NCBI GenBank assembly: GCA_937900255.1
Contig: CALCDZ010000003.1
Span: 191,149-255,148 of the forward strand
Direction: 5' to 3'
From: an uncultured bacterium
Lineage (GTDB): Bacteria > Patescibacteriota > Patescibacteriia > SG8-24 > DYFX01
Length of the DNA: 64,000 nt
The translations under genes and the position numbers were made by a program. The notes beneath the pieces are model-generated. The model did no database searches. It saw nothing but the letters and a program-made list of their open reading frames with translations, and was not told where the DNA came from. This document shows, in pieces, positions 18,019 through 27,752 of the stretch. Position 1 is the first letter of the stretch; each line of letters begins with the position of its first letter.

Positions 18019-19085
18019 GCCGCCTGTATGCCATCGTGCTCGCCGGGGGCAGCGGCACGCGTCTCTGGCCGGTTTCCAGGCGGAACGCGCCGAAGCAGCT
18101 GCAACCGATCCTCGGTTCCGATACGCTGTTGCGGTCGACGTGGAAGCGTCTGCGCGTCGGCCTGCCCGCCTCCCGCATCCTGGTCGTGACCGGCGCGGCC
18201 CAATCCGAGCTGGTCCGCAAGGATCTGCCGGAGCTTCCCGCGGAGAATCTTCTCGTCGAGCCGATGAAACGCGATACGGCGGCGGCCGTCGGCTTCGGCG
18301 TGGCTGCCGTGCTCGCTCGCGACCCGGAGGCCACGGTGGCGACCATCAACTCCGATGCGCACGTGAAGGACGAGAAGGAATACTGGCGCGTCATCCGCCT
18401 GGCGGCTCGCACGGCGAGGGCGCGCAGACGCGTCGTTCTTGTCGGCATCCGCCCTTCCTATCCGGAAACGGGGTACGGCTACATCAAGATGGGACCGCAG
18501 ATTCGCCCTGACATCTTTGCGGTCGACGGATTCAGGGAGAAGCCTGATCTCAAGACGGCGGAACAGTACGTCGCCCAGTGGGAGTATCTCTGGAACCCCA
18601 CCCTGATCGTCGCGGAAGCCCGTACGCTGCTCGGAGCCTTCAAGACGCACTTGCCGAAGACGTGGAGCGCGCTTGAAACCGTCCGGCGCGGCTGGAAGAC
18701 GCCGAGGCGCCAGGCGATCCTCGAACGCGCTTTCGCGGGCATCGTCCCGATCTCCATCGACTATGGGGTCTTGGAGAAGGAGAAGAAGATGCTCGTGATC
18801 CCGGCTGATTTCGGCTGGGCGGACGTCGGGCATTGGCGTGCGGTTCATGACGTGCTTTCGATCAAGCCTGGTCGCAACGTCACGCGCGGGATCCATATCG
18901 GCCACGAGTCCGAAGGCAACCTGCTTTACAGCTTCAGCGGCAAGCTCGTCGCCACCGCCGGGCTCAGGGACATGATCGTGCTCGAGACGGAAGACGTCAT
19001 CCTGGTCTGCCCCAAGTCCCGCGCTCAGGACGTGAAGAAGATCGTCGAGACGCTGGAACGGAAAAAGATGAAAAAATATCTCTGA
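18015..19085 (+). CDS. manC: mannose-1-phosphate guanylyltransferase
   Basis: The ATG at 18015 overlaps the PAP2 stop (ATGA). The sequence begins MSRLYAIVLAGGSGTRLWPVSR...PKQL, a sugar nucleotidyltransferase motif, and has a GMP-like C-terminal domain. Confidence 0.8.
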   Translation: MSRLYAIVLAGGSGTRLWPVSRRNAPKQLQPILGSDTLLRSTWKRLRVGLPASRILVVTGAAQSELVRKDLPELPAENLLVEPMKRDTAAAVGFGVAAVLARDPEATVATINSDAHVKDEKEYWRVIRLAARTARARRRVVLVGIRPSYPETGYGYIKMGPQIRPDIFAVDGFREKPDLKTAEQYVAQWEYLWNPTLIVAEARTLLGAFKTHLPKTWSALETVRRGWKTPRRQAILERAFAGIVPISIDYGVLEKEKKMLVIPADFGWADVGHWRAVHDVLSIKPGRNVTRGIHIGHESEGNLLYSFSGKLVATAGLRDMIVLETEDVILVCPKSRAQDVKKIVETLERKKMKKYL

Positions 19086-19086
19086 C

Positions 19087-19647
19087 ATGGAAATCAAGCC
19101 TTGGAAGATCCTCAAGTCCGAAACGGCGTTCAAGAACAGGTATTGGAACATCCTGCAGGAGACGGTCGAGTTGCCGGACGGCACCGCCTACTCCGGCTTT
19201 TTCGTGAACGACCGCCCAGGCGGAGCGATGGTTTTCGCCGTCACGGAGGAAGGGAAGGTCGTCATGAACCGCCAATACAAGCACGGGGTGAGGGAAATCG
19301 TCACGGAATTCGCCATCGGCGGCCTGGGCGAAGGCGAAGACCCGCTCCTGGCCGCGCAGCGCGAACTGATGGAGGAAACCGGGTATGGCGGCGGCGCATG
19401 GGAACCGCTCGGCGTCTTCTCCCCCAATCCCACGACCGCACGCGGGCGGTTTCATGCGTTCCTGGCGAAGGGCGTGCGCAAGGTCGGCGACCCCTTGCCG
19501 GATCCGCGCGAAATCATCGAGACTTTCCTGGCCGATCCCAAGGACGTGCCCGGAATGGTCCGCCGCGGGGAGATCGCGTCCTTGGCCGCCGTTTCGATCG
19601 CGTTCGTCGCCCTCATGCGGCTTGAAGCGCTTGATTCCGGGGCATGA
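19087..19647 (+). CDS. NUDIX hydrolase (ADP-ribose/GDP-sugar pyrophosphatase-like)
   Basis: A Nudix box GGLGEGEDPLLAAQRELMEETG is present. The gene lies immediately downstream of manC. Confidence 0.8.
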   Translation: MEIKPWKILKSETAFKNRYWNILQETVELPDGTAYSGFFVNDRPGGAMVFAVTEEGKVVMNRQYKHGVREIVTEFAIGGLGEGEDPLLAAQRELMEETGYGGGAWEPLGVFSPNPTTARGRFHAFLAKGVRKVGDPLPDPREIIETFLADPKDVPGMVRRGEIASLAAVSIAFVALMRLEALDSGA

Positions 19648-20672
19648 AAGCCTTCCTCGCCACCCTGCTCGCGGCCCTGGTCCTGGCCGGATGCGTCTTC
19701 CTGCAGGAGGGCCGTCCCGTTTCGCGCTCGTCCGAGACCAGGCTGTTCGTCATCGCGAAAGGACAGGGCATCCGCGATATCGCCGACGCGCTCGCTTCCG
19801 AAAAGCTCATCCGGAGCCGAGCGTATTTCCTGTATCTCGCCTGGAGCCGCGGCGATCACGGCGCCTTCAAGGCGGGTTCCTTCGAGCTGTCGCCGTCGAT
19901 GCCGGCCGGCGAGATCGAGCGGACCTTGGCGCAAGGACGTCCGGTCTCGAACGAACGCGAGGTCACCATCCTTGAAGGATGGACGCTTGACGATATCGCT
20001 GACTATCTGGAAGCCCAGGGCGTGTCTTCGAAGAAGGACTTTTATGCCGAGGTGGGGGAGAGCGCCAAGCCCGTGAAGCCGGGCGATCTGCCGGACTGGT
20101 CCGCCTCCTATCCGATGCTCGCGTCCAAGCCCGCGACGGCGTCGCTCGAGGGGTATCTCTTCCCCGACACGTACCGCATCTACGCCGACGGAGGCATCAA
20201 GGCTCTCGTGCGCCGCATGCTCGATAACTTCCAGGGCAAGTACGGCTCCGCGCTCGGAGAGGAATCGGCGCGCGTGGAGAAGCGCAGCGTCCATGAGATC
20301 GTGACCATGGCCTCGCTCATCGAGCGCGAGGTCCGCGGCGAGAAGGACCGGACGCTGGTCTCGGATATCTTTTGGAAACGCGTCGAAGCCGGCATGCCCC
20401 TCCAGGCCGATTCCACGGTGAATTACGTCACCGGCCACTCCAGGCCCTCCGCAAGCTACCTCGACACAAAAGTCGACAGCCCTTGGAATACCTACAGGTA
20501 CAAAGGCCTGCCGCCGACGCCGATCGGCAACCCAGGCCTGTCGGCCATCAAGGCCGCGTTGAACCCGGAGCCGAACCCCTATTGGTATTTCCTGACCGAC
20601 AAGGAAGGCAACGTGCGTTACGCCAAGACGTTTCAGGAGCACGTCGCCAACAAATCGAAGTATCTCCGCTGA
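19644..20672 (+). CDS. mltG: endolytic murein transglycosylase MltG (YceG-like)
   Basis: An N-terminal anchor is followed by a YceG domain (ILEGWTLDDIADYL..., GYLFPDTY, NTYRYKGLPPTPIGNPG). Confidence 0.9.
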   Translation: MKAFLATLLAALVLAGCVFLQEGRPVSRSSETRLFVIAKGQGIRDIADALASEKLIRSRAYFLYLAWSRGDHGAFKAGSFELSPSMPAGEIERTLAQGRPVSNEREVTILEGWTLDDIADYLEAQGVSSKKDFYAEVGESAKPVKPGDLPDWSASYPMLASKPATASLEGYLFPDTYRIYADGGIKALVRRMLDNFQGKYGSALGEESARVEKRSVHEIVTMASLIEREVRGEKDRTLVSDIFWKRVEAGMPLQADSTVNYVTGHSRPSASYLDTKVDSPWNTYRYKGLPPTPIGNPGLSAIKAALNPEPNPYWYFLTDKEGNVRYAKTFQEHVANKSKYLR

Positions 20673-20674
20673 AC

Positions 20675-21892
20675 ATGTTCGCGCTCATCCTTTCCTCCGT
20701 CGTCGTCCTGGCGCTGGCCGCCTTCGCCTCGGGTTCCGAGGCCGCCTTGTTTTCCGTCCCGTATCCCAAGGTGAAAGCCATGGTGGCGGCAAGGAAGCCG
20801 GGGTCCAGGGCGTTGCTGAAGATCAAGGACAACATGACGTATCCGATCGGCACGATCGTGATCGTCAACAACATCGCCACCATCGTCGGATCGTCCGTCG
20901 AGGGCGTCGTGGCCCATCATGTGTTCGGTTCGGTCGGTCTCAGCGTCTTCGTGGCGTGCTTCACGTTCTCCGTGATCGTCTTCGCCGAGATCGTCCCGAA
21001 GACGCTCGGTGAATCCTATGCCGCTTCCCTGGCGCCGATCGTCGCGCCGCCGGTGCTGTTCCTGACGGGCGTGTTCCGCCCGCTGCTCTGGCTGATCGAC
21101 CGTGCCCTCGACCGCCTGCGCCCCGTCCACGACCTCAAGGGCGTTTCGGAAGATGAGATCAAGATCATGGCGCAGATGGGACGTCTCTCCGGAAGCGTGG
21201 AGGCCGATGAATCGCAGATGATCCGCAGGGTCTTCAAGCTGAACGACATCACCGCCGATGACATGATGACGCTCGTTTCGTCCGTGGAATGGATTCCCGG
21301 GGATGTCCCGCTCGGCGAACAGCGCGCACGGGTCCTCGACCTGCGCCATTCCCGCGTGCCGGTCATGGGGGATGCTCCGGACCGGGTCCTGGGCGTGGCA
21401 TTGACGCGGGATCTCATCTCCGCCGTCGCCCGGGATGAGTTCCAGGCGACGCCCAACGATTTCGTGCAGGAGGCCCTGTGCGTCCGCAACGACGTCGCCG
21501 CCGACGACCTGCTCCCGCTGTTCCAAGGGCGGGAACAGCACTTGGCCGTCGTGGAGGACCCGGACGGGCGCATGGTCGGCGTGGTCACGCTCGAAGACGT
21601 GCTTGAAGAATTGGTCGGAGAGATCGCGGACGAGAAGGACATCCGTCCGGAGACCATCAAGCGCCTTTCCAAGAGCGAGATCCTGGTCGACGAAGGCACC
21701 GATATCGCCAGGATCAACCATTTCTTCAACGTCGCCATCCCCGCCGAAGGCGCGATCGGCGATTATGTCCTCGAGAAATTCGGGCGCAAGCCGAAGCCGG
21801 GGGAGGCCGTCGAAGAGAACGGGCTCTCGTTCACGGTCTCGACCATGTCGCGCACCCGCCCCAAGCTCCTCGTCATCCGCAAGTCCGGTTGA
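20675..21892 (+). CDS. CNNM/DUF21 TM domain + CBS pair + CorC_HlyC transporter-associated domain protein (hemolysin-family)
   Basis: The ATG at 20675 (MFALILSSVVV) is followed by four TM helices, a CBS pair (VPVMGDAPDRVLGVALTRDL...VTLEDVLEELVGEI) and a C-terminal CorC domain. Confidence 0.8.
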   Translation: MFALILSSVVVLALAAFASGSEAALFSVPYPKVKAMVAARKPGSRALLKIKDNMTYPIGTIVIVNNIATIVGSSVEGVVAHHVFGSVGLSVFVACFTFSVIVFAEIVPKTLGESYAASLAPIVAPPVLFLTGVFRPLLWLIDRALDRLRPVHDLKGVSEDEIKIMAQMGRLSGSVEADESQMIRRVFKLNDITADDMMTLVSSVEWIPGDVPLGEQRARVLDLRHSRVPVMGDAPDRVLGVALTRDLISAVARDEFQATPNDFVQEALCVRNDVAADDLLPLFQGREQHLAVVEDPDGRMVGVVTLEDVLEELVGEIADEKDIRPETIKRLSKSEILVDEGTDIARINHFFNVAIPAEGAIGDYVLEKFGRKPKPGEAVEENGLSFTVSTMSRTRPKLLVIRKSG

Positions 21893-21956
21893 TTCCGGGA
21901 ACGTCGGCGTCTTTCGCTTGCCCCGTTCGCCGTTCGGCGGGTACACTGCCGGAGTC

Positions 21957-24020
21957 ATGAAGACCTATCTCCTCAAGAAGGCCGGAGGCGTCCCGGATTT
22001 TTCGATCGATTATGACGCGGAACTCAACGCCGAGCAGCTGGCAGTCGTGAAGGACGGCGACGGCCCGTGCTTGGTGCTCGCCGGCGCCGGTTCGGGCAAG
22101 ACCCGGACGATCGTCTATCGCGTCGCCCGGCTTCTTGAAAAAGGGATCCCTCCGGACTCGATCCTGCTCCTTACGTTCACAAATAAGGCCGCCCGCGAGA
22201 TGCTCGAACGCGTCTCGTCGCTCATCGGCGCCGAACCCGGACGCCTGTGGGGCGGGACGTTCCACCACGTCTGCCACCGTATCCTGCGCGAGCGAGGCGC
22301 GCGCGTCGGTCTGCGCGAAGGCTTCACCATCTTCGACTCCGAAGACGCCAAGGACCTGATGAAGGTCTGCGTGCGGGAGTCGGGGGTGGACGTCAAGGCG
22401 AAGCGGTTTCCGAGCCCGGCCGTGCTGCTGTCGCTCGCGTCCTATGCGGTCAACGCCGGACTGCCCCTGCCCGAGACGATCGAACTCAAGCACCCGGGTT
22501 TCCGCGATCACTTGTCGGTCATCGAAGACATCATCCTCCGCTATCATGCCAAGAAACGTGCCTCGAATGCCGTCGACTTCGACGACCTCCTCTTCCTGAC
22601 GGCTCGGCTCCTGCGGGAGGACGGACCTTCCCGCGCGCACTACGCGGAACAATTCCGTTACGTCCTGGTCGACGAGTATCAGGATACCAACCGCCTGCAG
22701 GCCGAAATCGTCCGGCAGCTGTATTCGCTTCACGGGAACGTGCTGGTGGTGGGGGACGACGCGCAGTCGATCTACTCCTTCCGCGGGGCGGACATCCGCA
22801 ACATCCTCGATTTCCCTCGGATCTTCCCGGGCGCCAAGACGTTCCGCCTGGAAATCAACTACCGTTCGACGCCGGAGATCCTGGACCTCGCCAACGACGT
22901 CATCTCCAGGAACGCCGAGCAATTCCCGAAGGCCCTGAAGAGCATGAAGCCCTCCTTCGCCAAGCCTTCCTTGGTGAACGCGGCATCGGCGGCGCAGGAA
23001 GCCGAATTCATCGCCCAGCGCGTCATGGAGCTGCACGAGGAGGGCTTGGCGTTCGGGGAGATGGCTGCGCTCTTCCGTGCCACCTTCCATTCGCAGGCGC
23101 TCGAGTTCGAGCTCATGAAGCGCGGCATCCCGTACGAGTATCGCGGCGGCATGAAGTTCTTCGACCGCGCGCATGTCAAGGACGCTCTCAGCTTCCTCAA
23201 GATCGTCGTCAACAAGGATGACGAGGTCGCTTGGATGCGGGCGCTGTCCCTCCAGGTCGGCATCGGCCCGGCGACCGCGGCGCGGCTGTACGAGCGCGTC
23301 CGGAGCGTCTCGGACGAGGACGAGATCGGCAGCGGCCTGGCCGCCGGCCTTTCGGCGCGGGTCGCGAACGGCTGGAAAGGCTTCCTGAACGTCTATGGCG
23401 CCCTGCTCGACGCGCGACCTTCGCCCTCGGCCATGCTCAAGGCCGTCGCCGATTCCGATTATCGGACCTATCTCGAGAACGAATATCCGGACTATCGGGA
23501 CCGGCTTGAGGATATCGAACAACTGGCCGGTTTCGCCGAACGCTACCCCGACGCCGCCTCGTTCCTGGCCGACGCGGTCCTCGACGACGCCGTCACGGGC
23601 GGCAAGAAGGCCAAGCCTTTCCAGGCCGAGGACGATTCCGAAGGCCGTATGGTGCTCTCGACCATCCACCAAGCCAAAGGACTCGAATGGGACGCCGTCT
23701 TCGTCATTCACTTGACGCAAGGCGCGTTCCCCAACAAACGGGCGTTGCTTGACGCGGGAGGCCTGGAGGAGGAGCGCCGCCTGTTCTACGTGGCGGTCAC
23801 CCGCGCCCGCCGCGACCTGTGCCTGTCCTATCCGATGTCGGTCGGCTATGACGCGTTTTCCTTTGAACCGAAATCCGAATTCCTGGAAGAACTGTCTTCG
23901 GATCTGGTCGAACAGGTACGGATCGAGGAGTCCTACGAGGACCTCCCGACCATCCGCTACGACGCGAACGGCGATCCCATAAAAGAGAAAGGATTGCTGA
24001 GGGACATCGACGAGTATTAA
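21957..24020 (+). CDS. UvrD/PcrA/Rep-family ATP-dependent DNA helicase
   Basis: The start MKTYLLKK is followed by LNAEQLAVV, Walker A AGAGSGKTRT, DEYQDTN and VGDDAQSIYSFRGA, plus helicase C-terminal motifs. Confidence 0.85.
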   Translation: MKTYLLKKAGGVPDFSIDYDAELNAEQLAVVKDGDGPCLVLAGAGSGKTRTIVYRVARLLEKGIPPDSILLLTFTNKAAREMLERVSSLIGAEPGRLWGGTFHHVCHRILRERGARVGLREGFTIFDSEDAKDLMKVCVRESGVDVKAKRFPSPAVLLSLASYAVNAGLPLPETIELKHPGFRDHLSVIEDIILRYHAKKRASNAVDFDDLLFLTARLLREDGPSRAHYAEQFRYVLVDEYQDTNRLQAEIVRQLYSLHGNVLVVGDDAQSIYSFRGADIRNILDFPRIFPGAKTFRLEINYRSTPEILDLANDVISRNAEQFPKALKSMKPSFAKPSLVNAASAAQEAEFIAQRVMELHEEGLAFGEMAALFRATFHSQALEFELMKRGIPYEYRGGMKFFDRAHVKDALSFLKIVVNKDDEVAWMRALSLQVGIGPATAARLYERVRSVSDEDEIGSGLAAGLSARVANGWKGFLNVYGALLDARPSPSAMLKAVADSDYRTYLENEYPDYRDRLEDIEQLAGFAERYPDAASFLADAVLDDAVTGGKKAKPFQAEDDSEGRMVLSTIHQAKGLEWDAVFVIHLTQGAFPNKRALLDAGGLEEERRLFYVAVTRARRDLCLSYPMSVGYDAFSFEPKSEFLEELSSDLVEQVRIEESYEDLPTIRYDANGDPIKEKGLLRDIDEY

Positions 24021-24054
24021 AAGAGACCGCGCCTTCAGGTCGCGGTCTTTTCTG
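24020..24054. terminator. bidirectional rho-independent terminator (uvrD-like helicase / DHH gene)
   Basis: The stem AGACCGCG-(9 nt)-CGCGGTCT is followed by TTTTCT. It overlaps the last codons of the minus-strand DHH gene. Confidence 0.6.
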
Positions 24055-25180
24055 GCGTGCGGCGTCGGATCGGCCTGGTGCCGAGATAGCCGATGATGCG
24101 TTCGTTGAACTGGGCGTTCAAGAACCCGATCAAGAGTTCTGCAGTGTGCGGATACGGGACGTGCGGATCGGCCAGCGCGTACCGGGCCCCGCCGGAACCG
24201 TACTTCGACCCGCCGTTACCGGCCCCGAAAATCGCCTCGATGAGTCCCGTCAGGTCGTCTTGTCGGCTGGAAGTGCGGACCGATGCCCTCACTTCCCGCC
24301 CCGCCACGCCCCAGACGATGACGGTCTTGGCGCCGTTCACCTTGCGCAGGCTGTCGGCGAAGATGGAGAGATAGTCGCCCTCATCTTCGAGCAGGAGATC
24401 CTTGACGTGCGCGATCCGGACCTCGTCACAGACGATGATGGCCGACTGCAACACCTGTTCATAGAGGCTGAGGTATCGTTCCGGAAGCCTGTAGTCGAAG
24501 CAGTCGTGGATCAACTGCTGGGATGCCAGCCCCATGGCTTCGAGGAACGCCTCCCGGTCGATCTGCTGCGTGATCGGGTGGGTCAGCCGGTCGGTGTCCG
24601 AAAGGATGCCGATGGCCGTGAGCTGCGAAAGCCGTTCGTCGGCCTTCCCTCCCAGGGCGTGCAGGAGCTTCCAGCCGATCGATGCGGCCGCGCCGCAGGT
24701 GCGTATGATCGGCAGGAAGTCTGGAGTCTCCGCGCCTCGCTCCAGGTGGTGATCGATGACTAACCCGAAGCGCTCCGGCGCGAGTCGTATCTTCTGCCCG
24801 TTGCCGTCTCGGAAGCGGGAGTCGTCGAAGCGCGAGGAATCGGCGAGCGCGATCACCGTATCGGGCGGAAGTTCCCGCATCGGTCTCATGTACTTGATCA
24901 GCTCGAACTCGTTCAGGAGCATCTTGTTCTGCGGATGGCCGAAACCACCCGAATAGAAGATGTCCGCTTGCGCGCCCAAATGGGCGAGGATCGCTTGGAT
25001 CGTGAAGGCGGCAGCGATGCCGTCCGGGTCGATCTGTGCGATCAGGATCGACCAGCGCCCGCCGCGCCTTTTGATGAGCTTCCTCAGTTTCTGCGCGAAA
25101 AGACGTCCGAAATCGAGCTTTCCTCCGTGGGGCACAAGTCCTCCTTGGTCGTGGTTCCCGATGAAAAGACCGAAGTCCAT
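24035..25180 (-). CDS. DHH-family phosphoesterase (NrnA-like oligoribonuclease / pAp or cyclic-dinucleotide phosphodiesterase candidate)
   Basis: The DHH motifs AQIDPDG, ALADSS and VIDHHLE are present. The DHHA1-like C-terminal region is Gly-rich. Confidence 0.75.
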   Translation of the reverse strand: MDFGLFIGNHDQGGLVPHGGKLDFGRLFAQKLRKLIKRRGGRWSILIAQIDPDGIAAAFTIQAILAHLGAQADIFYSGGFGHPQNKMLLNEFELIKYMRPMRELPPDTVIALADSSRFDDSRFRDGNGQKIRLAPERFGLVIDHHLERGAETPDFLPIIRTCGAAASIGWKLLHALGGKADERLSQLTAIGILSDTDRLTHPITQQIDREAFLEAMGLASQQLIHDCFDYRLPERYLSLYEQVLQSAIIVCDEVRIAHVKDLLLEDEGDYLSIFADSLRKVNGAKTVIVWGVAGREVRASVRTSSRQDDLTGLIEAIFGAGNGGSKYGSGGARYALADPHVPYPHTAELLIGFLNAQFNERIIGYLGTRPIRRRTPEKTAT

Positions 25181-25240
25181 ACCATACGCCCTTTACGGCA
25201 TCCGTCAACCTGCTAGTCTGTCGGTGGAGGAAATCCCACT

Positions 25241-25786
25241 ATGGCCAAAAAGAAGCGACGGGTACCGCGGCCGCCGCGGCAGGAATTCGAACGCAAGTTC
25301 CTGGCGATCGTGCCTGAACTGCCGCAGCCGCTGCCCGAACCCGTCCATCTTCTTCAGGGCTACCTTCACGAAGGCGAGCCGTACGACCGCATCCGCATCA
25401 GGGACGGGCGCGAGGCGGTGCTCGAGTACAAGGCGTCCGGCAATTATGAATCGAACAAGATGCCGATGGACCTGGCCGATGCGCTCTATCTCCTTCGGTG
25501 TCATCGCGTCGGCGCATGCGTCGAAAAGCTCCGCAGGGAAATCCCCGCGCCGTACAAGGGCTTGATCTTCGAGCTCGACGAATGCCTTGGGGCGAATCGC
25601 GGTCTTTGGATCATCGAGCTCGAGCACCCTTCCGACTTCCGTCTCGATCGCGGCCGCCTCCCGTCTTTCGTCGGCAAGGACGTCACGGGCGACCCTCGCT
25701 TCAAGATGCGGAACCTCGCCAAGCGGCCGTTCAAAAAATGGCCGAGAGCTGAACGGGAGAAGGTCCTCGCCCAAATGGGTCTCTGA
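25241..25786 (+). CDS. CYTH-domain protein (triphosphate tunnel metalloenzyme; CyaB/thiamine-triphosphatase-like)
   Basis: The N-terminal EFERKFL (ExExK) is the CYTH hallmark. The protein is 181 aa and is divergent from the DHH gene across a shared intergenic region of about 60 bp. Confidence 0.7.
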   Translation: MAKKKRRVPRPPRQEFERKFLAIVPELPQPLPEPVHLLQGYLHEGEPYDRIRIRDGREAVLEYKASGNYESNKMPMDLADALYLLRCHRVGACVEKLRREIPAPYKGLIFELDECLGANRGLWIIELEHPSDFRLDRGRLPSFVGKDVTGDPRFKMRNLAKRPFKKWPRAEREKVLAQMGL

Positions 25787-25798
25787 CCCATTTTTTTT
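25773..25798 (+). terminator. rho-independent terminator of the CYTH gene
   Basis: The stem AAATGGGTC-TCT-GACCCATTT is followed by a T8 run. The stop codon lies within the hairpin. Confidence 0.6.
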
Positions 25799-25815
25799 GT
25801 GCGTGAAGCGGGCCG

Positions 25816-26577
25816 TCAACGAGGGGTTCCGGTCGCGGGCGCCTGGTCGGCGGGGCCGAAACCTTTTGAACCCGGCAGCGATACGCCGATATCGAGGCCG
25901 AGATCGGCCTTGAGGACGTCCGAGAGGCGCGCATGCGGCAGCATCCAGAGAGCGCCGACGCTCCGCGCGTCGAGGAAGAAGGATCCGAATACATGGCTTT
26001 CGGCCGCTTGCGGGTCCGGCACGATATCGGCGGCCCAGACAGCGCCGATTTTTCTCAGTGCCGGGGCGAGCGGCAGGCGCGCGAGGAGCGCCAGGCTCCT
26101 GCTGACCGGGAGATCCTCGTGGAACGAAAGGACCGCTCGGCGCCGTTCGACCACGGTCGCGATCGTCGTGCCGTCGGCCATCGGAATTTCGGCGGCAGGG
26201 GAGAACTCGAGGATGAGCCGTTCCCACGTCCTGTTGGGCACGAGGACGCTCAGCGTTTTTTCGACCGCATCCGGGCGCAACATCACCTTCTGCGCGCCTT
26301 CGAAAACGGATGCTTCCCGCCCGTTGCCGTCGACGAGCGCCGCCTTCACCAGCGTCACTTCGGCGCCTGTCGCGCCGGACGGCAGCGCCACGGGGGCCGT
26401 AAGATAGAGGTTCAAGGCTCCATGCCGCTCCTCGGTCTTCGCAGGGGGCGGTACCGTCGGTACCGGGGTCGGGGCGGCGGGCTTGAAGCGGGGTGCCACG
26501 ATCAGGAACCAGATGAGGACGAGGCCGACGGCGAAGATCGCGGCCGAAATCAGCAGCGAGAGGGTCGAGCGTTTCAT
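25816..26577 (-). CDS. membrane-anchored hypothetical protein
   Basis: The ORF is 25816..26592, and the likely start is MKRSTLSLLISAAIFAVGLVLIWFLIV (N-terminal TM). A Pro-rich linker leads to a soluble domain. No family was recognised. Confidence 0.5.
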   Translation of the reverse strand: MKRSTLSLLISAAIFAVGLVLIWFLIVAPRFKPAAPTPVPTVPPPAKTEERHGALNLYLTAPVALPSGATGAEVTLVKAALVDGNGREASVFEGAQKVMLRPDAVEKTLSVLVPNRTWERLILEFSPAAEIPMADGTTIATVVERRRAVLSFHEDLPVSRSLALLARLPLAPALRKIGAVWAADIVPDPQAAESHVFGSFFLDARSVGALWMLPHARLSDVLKADLGLDIGVSLPGSKGFGPADQAPATGTPR

Positions 26578-26639
26578 GTCGCCAGTATACACGGACTTGG
26601 GGAAAACGTCGTTGACACCGTGCGGCGCGAGGTCTAAGG

Positions 26640-27698
26640 TTGCTCGGCATTCTCCCCATGAAAACCGCCGAATCCGTCACCGAAGGCCATCCCGACAAAG
26701 TCTGCGACCAGATCGCGGACGCCCTTTTGGACGAATATCTCAAGCGCGACCCGCAGAGCCGGGTGGCGCTGGAAGTCTTCGGATCGCACGGCATGCTCAT
26801 GATCGGGGGCGAAGTCACGTCGCAGGGCGACGTCGACATCGAGGCGGTCGCCAAGCACGTCTATGCGAAGATCGGCTACGATGACGACCTTGAGGCGTTC
26901 GTCAATATCGAGCTGCAATCCGGCGACATCGCCCGCGGCGTCGATGCGGGAGGGGCGGGGGATCAAGGCGTCGTCTACGGGTACGCCACCGCCGAGACCC
27001 CGAACTTCATGCCGGCCCCGGTCGTCATGGCGCACGCGCTCAGTTCCAGGCTGGCGGACCTCCGGCGGCATGATCCGGCTTTCGCTTGGCTGCGGCCGGA
27101 TGGCAAGACCCAGGTCACCATGGATCGCGGGCGGGTCCTGACGGTCGTCGTCTCTGCGCAGCACGCCCCGGAGGTCGACCAGGATCAGATTCGCTCGATG
27201 CTTTCGGAACAGGCCGTCGGACCGATCGTCGGCGGACTCGATGATGTCGAACTGCATGTCAATCCGACCGGGCGTTTCGTGAGCGGCGGTTTCACGGCCG
27301 ATACGGGGCTGACCGGGCGCAAGCTGATGGTCGATACCTACGGCGGGATGATCCCGCACGGCGGAGGCGCGTTCTCCGGCAAGGACGCCACCAAGATCGG
27401 GAGATCGGCGGCCTACATGGCGCGCTTCGCCGCGAAGAATCTCGTCGCGTCAGGGTACGCCAAGAAATGCATGGTCTCGGCGGCGTATGCCATCGGGAAG
27501 GCCGATCCGGTGATGCTGACGGCCAGATCCGAAGACGGACGTGACCTCTCGCCGCTTCTGCGGAAGTATTTCGACTTCCGGCCGCAGGCGATCATCGAGC
27601 GCCTCGGCTTGCGCCGGCCGATCTTCCGGGAGACGGCGGCCTACGGGCATTTCGGCCGGGATCTTTTCCCTTGGGAACAGGCGGTGGAACTGAAGTAA
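26640..27698 (+). CDS. metK: S-adenosylmethionine synthetase (short form, about 350 aa)
   Basis: The ESVTEGHPDKVCDQI and GGGAFSGKDATKIGRSAAY motifs are present. Confidence 0.85.
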   Translation: MLGILPMKTAESVTEGHPDKVCDQIADALLDEYLKRDPQSRVALEVFGSHGMLMIGGEVTSQGDVDIEAVAKHVYAKIGYDDDLEAFVNIELQSGDIARGVDAGGAGDQGVVYGYATAETPNFMPAPVVMAHALSSRLADLRRHDPAFAWLRPDGKTQVTMDRGRVLTVVVSAQHAPEVDQDQIRSMLSEQAVGPIVGGLDDVELHVNPTGRFVSGGFTADTGLTGRKLMVDTYGGMIPHGGGAFSGKDATKIGRSAAYMARFAAKNLVASGYAKKCMVSAAYAIGKADPVMLTARSEDGRDLSPLLRKYFDFRPQAIIERLGLRRPIFRETAAYGHFGRDLFPWEQAVELK

Positions 27699-27752
27699 GC
27701 GACGGCCTTGTGCTACACTGGAGGCATCGCTAATTCATGCAGCATCCGGCGT

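Noticed and set aside
26578-26657. Possible SAM riboswitch in the metK leader
   Set aside because: The leader is only about 65-80 nt and shows no SAM-I/II conserved helices. It is too short for a riboswitch aptamer plus expression platform.
25205-26854. Minus-strand 549-aa ORF spanning the CYTH gene, the membrane protein gene and the metK start
   Set aside because: It is an Arg-rich low-complexity product, incompatible with three well-supported genes on defined strands.
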